NCBI GenBank assembly: GCA_051870095.1 | Contig: JBJEBN010000115.1 | Coordinates: forward strand, 10,000-73,999 | From: Candidatus Cryptobacteroides sp. | GTDB taxonomy: Bacteria; Bacteroidota; Bacteroidia; Bacteroidales; UBA932 | Direction: 5' to 3' | DNA length: 64,000 nucleotides | Shown: positions 57,872 through 64,000 of the stretch, piece by piece | Layout: the number at the start of each line of letters is the position of its first letter | How positions within the stretch are numbered: position 1 is the first letter of the stretch | Program-made: the position numbers and the translations under genes | Notes under the pieces: model-generated | Told to the model about the DNA's origin: nothing | Database searches by the model: none | The model's input: only the letters and a program-made list of their open reading frames with translations

Positions 57872-59794
57872 TTACAATACAGTATTTTTTAATTTCTTAT
57901 ACTCTTTCAAATCAGCGTTTGTCGCAGGGATGAAGTGCATTGCTGCACCACCGTTTGGAAGCAGGTTGAATGTCAGGGTCTGGCCGCCGCGCACAATCCA
58001 GCGGGTGCATCTGACCTTGGTAGGAGAATCAGATGCTGGGTCGTCCGTATATGCCCTGAGCACATAGTCCTCGCCTGGCTCCAGGAATGAAGTCGGAACC
58101 TGAAGGGTACGCCCCTGGTCATTGGTGATTGCACCGGCAAACCACTCCGCATCGCTCCTGCGGGCGATAACCACATGCTCGCCCGCAGCATCATCAACCA
58201 CTTTTGTATCATCCCAGACGACAGGAACATTGTCAAAGAACTCAAGTTCAGGGACTTCCTTGATATTGTCCGGCTTGTCATACCAGTACAGAGTCTGGAG
58301 AGGCGAGAAGAACAATACCGGGAAGGTCAGCTGATGTGCGTGTGTATTCTTGATACGCCTGTCGAAATAGCATACAGTATAATCCGCTGCACCGCAAACC
58401 ATCCTTGTGAACGGGAGGATGGTGTTCTGGGTGGCAGGAGTGAATTCCTCGTTGCCCCTGATGCCCTCCTGGGTCAGCAGGTTCGGATATGTCCTCGAAT
58501 AGCCTGTGGGGCGGTATTCGTCGTGGATGTTCACCATGAGGTTGTTGTCGGCAGCGAGCCGTACGAGGGAGTGGACCCAGTCGGCCCAATGCTGCGATGT
58601 GAACTGAACGAAACCGAATTTCACGCCGGCAAGTCCCCATTCCTTATATACAGGGAAAATCTCGGCGGCCTGTTTCTGGAGGGCGTGCTGGTTGACATAT
58701 ACCCATACTCCCACACCCTTGGAACGCCCATATTCCACAACCTTTTTCATATCTATCGGTGCGACCACCTCGCGTGCGTCGGAGTTGAAGTCGAATGACG
58801 GGCCGTACCATTTCCAGTCATAGAGGATGTAGTCCATGTTGTGGGCGGCACAGAAGTCTATGCACTTGATGGAGTTTTCGGTGGTGAGGGTGGTCTCGCG
58901 GATAATCTTGCCGGGACGGATCCAGCTCTCGTCTGCAATCCGTGATGCCTCATTGAGGTTCAGGAAGATGTCGTTGTTCTCCAGAAGCCCTCCGAGACGG
59001 TCGGATGCCATTATAACCCTCCACGGGAAAGGATATGGGGTCACGAGGTCGGTGGCATTGTCGTTCAAGGCGGTGACCACCGTATTCGGCTTGGAGTCGG
59101 AGAGTCTGAACTTGCCACGAGGGAAATCTATCTGGGCGGCCTCCCCGAGGGCTGCATAGAGGTCGTCGGCAAGTTTCAGGGTTAGCGGTCTTTCGGCCTC
59201 CTCGGTCCAGTCTTTCAAAGGAACGAGGTTGTGGGTGGCCTGTGCCCATGCGGCATGCCAGGCCATGGTCCCCTCAGGGAAGGTGAATTCAGTATTTTCA
59301 GCCAGGACCCTGTGGTAGATTGCATCCGGGTGCATCGGGAGGATGTAGCGCAGGGCGATTCCCTCATTGTATGCCCTGACCTCGATGTCGAGGCGGTATT
59401 TGGATGCGTCTTTCTTTACGAAATGGAGCAGGATGCCGTTGCAGGCATCGTGTACCGACGACCTTTCCCCATAAGGATTGTGCCAGGTGGTGTCCTTTGC
59501 GAATGTCTCACAGGAATCGAGGACAAGGTTGTCGAACCATCTTGCTGTCTTGTCGGCCTTGCGGGCAAGGGCGTTTTCCCAGACATGATTGTCGAATGTC
59601 ACATCAAGGGCGGACGGCAGGACGACCGGCCTTCCGCAATAACTTGTCTGATATGTGATTGACATCACACCGTCGTTCACGGCAGCCGAGATTTCCGCCA
59701 CCTGCGAGCCGTCAGGAGATTCAACCTTGAAATCCTGGGCTGAAACAACAACTGGCAATGCCCACAACAAAAAGAGTACGATATTCCGCTTCAT
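57872..59794 (-). CDS. GH97 glycoside hydrolase
   Basis: VESPDG, RAYNEGIALRY, PWRVI, SWIRPGK, IHDEYRPTG..RTYPN, EGIRGNE, PFTRMVCGAADYT, WDDT, RRS. Confidence 0.92.
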   Translation of the reverse strand: MKRNIVLFLLWALPVVVSAQDFKVESPDGSQVAEISAAVNDGVMSITYQTSYCGRPVVLPSALDVTFDNHVWENALARKADKTARWFDNLVLDSCETFAKDTTWHNPYGERSSVHDACNGILLHFVKKDASKYRLDIEVRAYNEGIALRYILPMHPDAIYHRVLAENTEFTFPEGTMAWHAAWAQATHNLVPLKDWTEEAERPLTLKLADDLYAALGEAAQIDFPRGKFRLSDSKPNTVVTALNDNATDLVTPYPFPWRVIMASDRLGGLLENNDIFLNLNEASRIADESWIRPGKIIRETTLTTENSIKCIDFCAAHNMDYILYDWKWYGPSFDFNSDAREVVAPIDMKKVVEYGRSKGVGVWVYVNQHALQKQAAEIFPVYKEWGLAGVKFGFVQFTSQHWADWVHSLVRLAADNNLMVNIHDEYRPTGYSRTYPNLLTQEGIRGNEEFTPATQNTILPFTRMVCGAADYTVCYFDRRIKNTHAHQLTFPVLFFSPLQTLYWYDKPDNIKEVPELEFFDNVPVVWDDTKVVDDAAGEHVVIARRSDAEWFAGAITNDQGRTLQVPTSFLEPGEDYVLRAYTDDPASDSPTKVRCTRWIVRGGQTLTFNLLPNGGAAMHFIPATNADLKEYKKLKNTVL

Positions 59795-59820
59795 ATTATA
59801 AATTCTTATTATTTCAATTA

Positions 59821-61380
59821 CTACCTTTCATCTGCCTGGAGGATGTTCATCCGCTGGCTGTCATCAACAATATAATCACACACACCATCCAGCAGGATGT
59901 CCCGGCTGAAATCCCCTGTGACCGACATCCCCCTTATTTGCAGATGGTCCACATCGACAGCTATGACAGGTATCCTCGGATCCGAACCTTGGGGATTGAA
60001 AGTCATTCCGTCCAATGAAACCACTCCGACATGACGCATAAATAGTCCATAACTTGGGAGATTCCCCCACACAGTAGGCTGAGGATAACCCTTTTCATCC
60101 TCGACAATTTCCTTGTGGGAGGCCCAGTAACGGTCCCATCTGTTGTCCCTCGACATGTCGTGGCGTTTTCCGTCGCTCTGAGGGTCAGGCATATAATGTC
60201 CCTCCTTCAGACCTCCACGGTTCATGAATTTGATGTTGCTGAGGTAGATGTTCTCGATTTTGGCCTGCGGGATTCCGGTTATCGATGCACAGAAATTACC
60301 CGTTCCGTATGCCGTTATGTTGCTGATCGATATATTGCGCATCTGTCCTACAGGTGGAGCGGGAGCATCGGCAGGATACCTCCTTCCTCTGTTGCCAAGT
60401 CTCACATACAGAGGACATTCCGTACCCTGTATCAGAATGTTGTCTATGGAAACACCGTCCATTACACCTCCATCCACAATTTCCAGGGATATGGCTGTGA
60501 TTCCGCTCGGGGTCGTCTTCAGGAAACGCTCGCCGTGATTGCTGCTCGGCTTCACAATACAGTCTGATATGAGGATGTTGCGGAATCCTCCGATTGACTC
60601 TGTTCCACACTTTATGGCATTGGCAAAACTGCTCAATATGCAATTTGATACGATTATATCTTCACACGGTGCCGAACCGGTGCTTTTGAGCACAATGGCA
60701 TCATCGTCGGAATCTATTATACTTCCAGTGACCATAAACCTGCGGCATCCGTCTATGTCCAGACCGTCATTGTTGCCGTTGCAATGGTTGAAAACCTTGA
60801 TATCGGAAATCGTGACGTCCTCACAATCGACATAGTGCTGGTTCCAGGTGGCGGCATTGCGCATCGTTATGCCCTCCACCCTCACATTGCTGCAGGAGAC
60901 GAACACGACATTCTTCGGACGAAGGGTCCTTGTAGTCTGCCCTCTGCGGCCACGACCGCGTCCCCGTCCGTCTATTACGCCTCTGCCGGTAATGGCGATA
61001 TTCTTTGCCTCGACGGCATATATCAATGCCAGCCATCCTTCTGCATCCTTTTCGCTGCGGTATGACGCACTCGGCTGGGCTGGAAAATCCTTGTCATCGT
61101 CACTTGCAATCAAATATGCTCCAGAAGCCAGATGAAACTCCACATTGTCCTTCAGGACAAGCGTTCCGGTAATATATTTCCCGGCAGGGACGACAACCCT
61201 TCCGCCGCCTGCAAGGCTGCAAGCCTGGATGGCGGCATTTATCGCCGTGGTCTGGACCTTGGTGGTGTCATGGGTGGCGCCGTAGCTGAAAATGTCATAA
61301 TCTACATTCTGTCTCTTCGCCCCGATGGCAGGAAGGCAAACCAGCAAACCGGCCAACAATATCACAATATTCCGCTTCAT
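59821..61380 (-). CDS. GH28 glycoside hydrolase (polygalacturonase family)
   Basis: GGGRVVVPAGKYITG, GRGVIDGRG, NNDGLDID, SDDDAIVLK, NAIKCGTES. Confidence 0.88.
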   Translation of the reverse strand: MKRNIVILLAGLLVCLPAIGAKRQNVDYDIFSYGATHDTTKVQTTAINAAIQACSLAGGGRVVVPAGKYITGTLVLKDNVEFHLASGAYLIASDDDKDFPAQPSASYRSEKDAEGWLALIYAVEAKNIAITGRGVIDGRGRGRGRRGQTTRTLRPKNVVFVSCSNVRVEGITMRNAATWNQHYVDCEDVTISDIKVFNHCNGNNDGLDIDGCRRFMVTGSIIDSDDDAIVLKSTGSAPCEDIIVSNCILSSFANAIKCGTESIGGFRNILISDCIVKPSSNHGERFLKTTPSGITAISLEIVDGGVMDGVSIDNILIQGTECPLYVRLGNRGRRYPADAPAPPVGQMRNISISNITAYGTGNFCASITGIPQAKIENIYLSNIKFMNRGGLKEGHYMPDPQSDGKRHDMSRDNRWDRYWASHKEIVEDEKGYPQPTVWGNLPSYGLFMRHVGVVSLDGMTFNPQGSDPRIPVIAVDVDHLQIRGMSVTGDFSRDILLDGVCDYIVDDSQRMNILQADER

Positions 61381-61425
61381 AATGATATTTTTTCAAACAT
61401 TTACCATTATTGACGGACAAGTCAT

Positions 61426-61433
61426 CAAAAATA
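61426..61433 (-). promoter_or_regulatory. -7 box upstream of the GH28-GH97-GH127-lyase-GH88-GH28-like operon
   Basis: Plus strand caaaaata = TATTTTTG. Confidence 0.45.
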
Positions 61434-61588
61434 CTCAGTCCTTTTGAAAAAATTTTTTCATGACAACAGAATATGCCATGACCGGAACGATTTTTTCGAT
61501 TATGAAACAAGGCTTTTTGTATAATGCAACATAAGATATTGACTATTTAGGGATATTTGCGAAGCATTTTGAGAACCCTAAAAAACAA

Positions 61589-62179
61589 TTGAACATGAAA
61601 AAATCACTTTTCCTGACACTCATCCTTGCCTTTGCGGTTTCTGTGTCGTCTTTCGCCCAGCCACGGGCAATCGGAGTCAACATCGGTTACGGATTTGACG
61701 TTTCCTACCAGCACACTCTCGGACAGAAGAACATGCTTGATCTCAACCTGTCCATTCCCGCTTTTGCCGGTATAAGCGTTCAGGGAACCTATGACTGGAT
61801 CAATCCTTTCAACACAAAGATTCCATGGAACAACAAAGGAAACTGGGACTGGGAAATGGGTGTAGGAGCAGGTATAGGTTACCTTTGGAGTTTCCGCGGT
61901 CTGCTCGCAGGTGCAGCCGGACATGTCGGAGTATCCTACGATTTCTGGTTCCCGCTTCAGCTTTCGGTTGACTGGCGTCCTCTGATAGGTGTCAATACAT
62001 ACAACACTGGTTATGCTGACATCGCAGGAGACGATTCAGGCAGCATTGACATCGAAAAGTCCGCTCCGAGACAGTATGCCGCACAGAGATCAACTGTATC
62101 AGGAGCAAGAACAGGCGGAGCAAGATTCTGGACGCAGGGCCTGGGTGCCGTCACCATCGGTGTACGATACCGTTTCTGA
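61589..62179 (+). CDS. Small outer-membrane beta-barrel protein
   Basis: Signal peptide, AIGVNIG, GVGAGIG, LSVDWRP, C-terminal GVRYRF. Start may be the ATG at 61595. Confidence 0.72.
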   Translation: MNMKKSLFLTLILAFAVSVSSFAQPRAIGVNIGYGFDVSYQHTLGQKNMLDLNLSIPAFAGISVQGTYDWINPFNTKIPWNNKGNWDWEMGVGAGIGYLWSFRGLLAGAAGHVGVSYDFWFPLQLSVDWRPLIGVNTYNTGYADIAGDDSGSIDIEKSAPRQYAAQRSTVSGARTGGARFWTQGLGAVTIGVRYRF

Positions 62180-62206
62180 GAAAACACAGAATTATTGACA
62201 TTATAT

Positions 62207-62250
62207 CCCGGTCATCCTGGTATTTCACCATGCTGATGGCCGGGTTTGTT
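62207..62250 (+). terminator. Probable terminator downstream of OMP gene
   Basis: cccggtcatc...gatggccggg 10-bp stem with an inner tggt/acca stem, followed by tttgtt. Confidence 0.5.
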
Positions 62251-62306
62251 GTATGCATATAAGTCACCTTTTTTAATAAAATGCTAGAGATTTGTACACA
62301 TTTTTG

Positions 62307-62314
62307 TAGTTTTG
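62307..62314 (+). promoter_or_regulatory. -7 box upstream of HTCS gene
   Basis: TAGTTTTG; favours the ATG at 62345 over 62318. Confidence 0.5.
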
Positions 62315-62344
62315 TCAATGATGAAACCACATAAAAGGCAAACT

Positions 62345-64000
62345 ATGAAAAGACATACTCTGCTGATAACCATCTTGATGCTTGCTACCGCTCTTCTGTC
62401 CGAAGCGGGGACAGCGGGAAATGACGGATACCTTTTCAGGATGCTGGATACAGGGAGCGGACTGCCGGACAACAATGTAAGGAATATGACCAGACTGCCG
62501 GAAGGACTTATGTGCATCCAGACATCGTCCATGTTGAACATCTATGACGGAGCCTCCTGCCGCAGCTATAAGTACAACGCAATCGAAATCCCTTATACTG
62601 AATACAGCGGGCTCAACGAATCCTGCTATGACCCGCAATGGAATGTGCTATGGTGCATGACCAGAGACCATATCTGGCTCTTCGATCTCAAGTCAAGGAC
62701 TTTCGAATATGACCTCACTGACCGTCTCTCACAGACCGGGATGGAGGATGGCGAAATCCGGACGGTAAATATCAGCGAGGACGGCATGCTATGGCTTTGT
62801 TCCACAAACGGGAAGCTGATGATCTGGGACAGGACTGAGGGTACGGTGGAGACTGCCTCATTGCCGGAAGAAATGGAAATGCCGGTTATAATGAGGGAGT
62901 ACAAAGGGAGAATGTGGTTTCTGTCCATGAATGGGATACTTGCAGAGTATGCCCCCCCCATCAAGAATTTCAAGACCATAAGGAAAGTGCCTCTGAACAA
63001 TTCAGAAGACCTGTCAAGCCGTATGGAAATGGACATAACTTCCTCAGGGATAATCTGGATAATGTTTGACAAGATCCTGATGACCTATGACATGGCGGCC
63101 AATTCATTCGAGCGAATCAAGACAATCCCTTCCGAGAGCAAGGACCTGTTCACGACCATCTGCCTCGACAACGGCGACAACCTATGGTGTGGAACCGCCC
63201 GCAGCGGAGTTTCATTCATCAACTCAAGGGACATGGGCATACAGAACCTCCCATATCTTGAAATGATTGACGGCAAGAAAATCTATCATCATACCGACAT
63301 ATCCAAAATCTTCATAGACAGCGACGACGGCGTATGGATAGCGACCCTCTCAGAGGGGCTTCTGTACTGGCACCGGGACATATTCCATATAGATACCATC
63401 GACAATTCGACCATCTGCGGCGGTAACATGAACGACGAAAGCGTCAAATGCATGGCGCTCGACCGCGACGGAGGCATCCTTGTCGGTACCATCCACGGCC
63501 TGCTGAGGTACGACCCTGCCACAAGAAGGGTCACAGTGCCCTACCCTCGTCTGAAAGACGAGCTTTGCATAAGCCTCTACATGGACAGAAGCGGCAATAT
63601 CTGGGTCGGATCATTCTACAACGGAGCATACAGGATCGACAGGAACGGCAATATCCGCAACTACCGGTACCCAGATATTTCCGTCGACATGTCATACCAC
63701 GAATCCCGCCCAAATCTCAACTGCGTCAGGTCATTCTTCGAGGACAAGGAAGGCAATTTCTGGATTTCCGTATATGGAGGAGCGGGCAGGTTCGATCCCC
63801 GGACCGGGAACATATCTCTTCTGAGGGACAGTCACCCGGAATTGGAGAGATATATGATAATCAGGGACATATGTGACAGAGGCGACGGTTTTCTTCTTAT
63901 GTCGGGAGACAACGGCAGATATATGTATTCCCCTTCTGCAGATATAGTCATTACCAATCCTCTTGCCGAAGGATGCCATGTCCAGACCAATCAGTCTATA
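62345..64000 (+). CDS. Hybrid two-component system sensor, N-terminal periplasmic beta-propeller (runs off window)
   Basis: Not in the ORF track because no stop lies in the window. Manual translation: MKRHTLLITILMLATALL...GLPDNNVRNM...DNLWCGT...DGVWIAT...GNIWVGS...GNFWISVYGG (Reg_prop-like repeats). The kinase, receiver and AraC parts are not visible. Confidence 0.8.
   Translation, partial: MKRHTLLITILMLATALLSEAGTAGNDGYLFRMLDTGSGLPDNNVRNMTRLPEGLMCIQTSSMLNIYDGASCRSYKYNAIEIPYTEYSGLNESCYDPQWNVLWCMTRDHIWLFDLKSRTFEYDLTDRLSQTGMEDGEIRTVNISEDGMLWLCSTNGKLMIWDRTEGTVETASLPEEMEMPVIMREYKGRMWFLSMNGILAEYAPPIKNFKTIRKVPLNNSEDLSSRMEMDITSSGIIWIMFDKILMTYDMAANSFERIKTIPSESKDLFTTICLDNGDNLWCGTARSGVSFINSRDMGIQNLPYLEMIDGKKIYHHTDISKIFIDSDDGVWIATLSEGLLYWHRDIFHIDTIDNSTICGGNMNDESVKCMALDRDGGILVGTIHGLLRYDPATRRVTVPYPRLKDELCISLYMDRSGNIWVGSFYNGAYRIDRNGNIRNYRYPDISVDMSYHESRPNLNCVRSFFEDKEGNFWISVYGGAGRFDPRTGNISLLRDSHPELERYMIIRDICDRGDGFLLMSGDNGRYMYSPSADIVITNPLAEGCHVQTNQSI

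Noticed and set aside
61440-61525. HTCS operator repeats upstream of GH28 (catgac x2, ttttttc x2)
   Set aside because: Spacings of 18 and 38 bp do not fit a 21-bp period, and I found no convincing matching site upstream of GH53.
1-64000. CRISPR array, IS/transposase, prophage, rRNA, toxin-antitoxin or defence genes
   Set aside because: No regularly spaced repeat-spacer array or matching ORFs seen; the REP-like copies are dispersed and not arrayed.

Overview
A 64 kb chromosomal segment from a Bacteroidales bacterium (TAnnTTTG -7 promoter boxes, gldH, DUF2723, DUF4271, a hybrid two-component sensor). About 49 kb is mostly housekeeping: miaA, trmB, holB, trxA, lgt, pgk, rnpA, yidD, menG/menA, lepA, split transketolase, prmC, ddl, PBP1A, topA, ispD, mreBCD-mrdA-rodA and tRNA-Pro(UGG). 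Accessory parts are (i) a TolC-MFP-AcrB efflux operon ending in a P-II-like gene, with a divergent AraC regulator and a 21-bp-spaced direct-repeat operator candidate; (ii) an ECF sigma / anti-sigma / Spy-like trio; (iii) a lone 1037-aa type V pilus-like (DUF4906) lipoprotein behind a repeat-rich intergenic region; and (iv) a glycan-degradation cluster at 49.5-64 kb (GH53, GH28-like, GH88, heparinase II/III-like, GH127-like, GH97, GH28, truncated HTCS). A family of eight TGTC-tagged REP-like palindromes (28-44 bp, mostly with GNA triloops and G.A mismatches) occurs at six sites. One copy encodes the C-terminus of the lyase-like protein, and two near-identical copies flank the GH88 gene. I saw no CRISPR, IS, integrase, prophage or rRNA. 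Several starts were moved downstream of the ORF-track starts. All family assignments come from motif recognition, not database searches.
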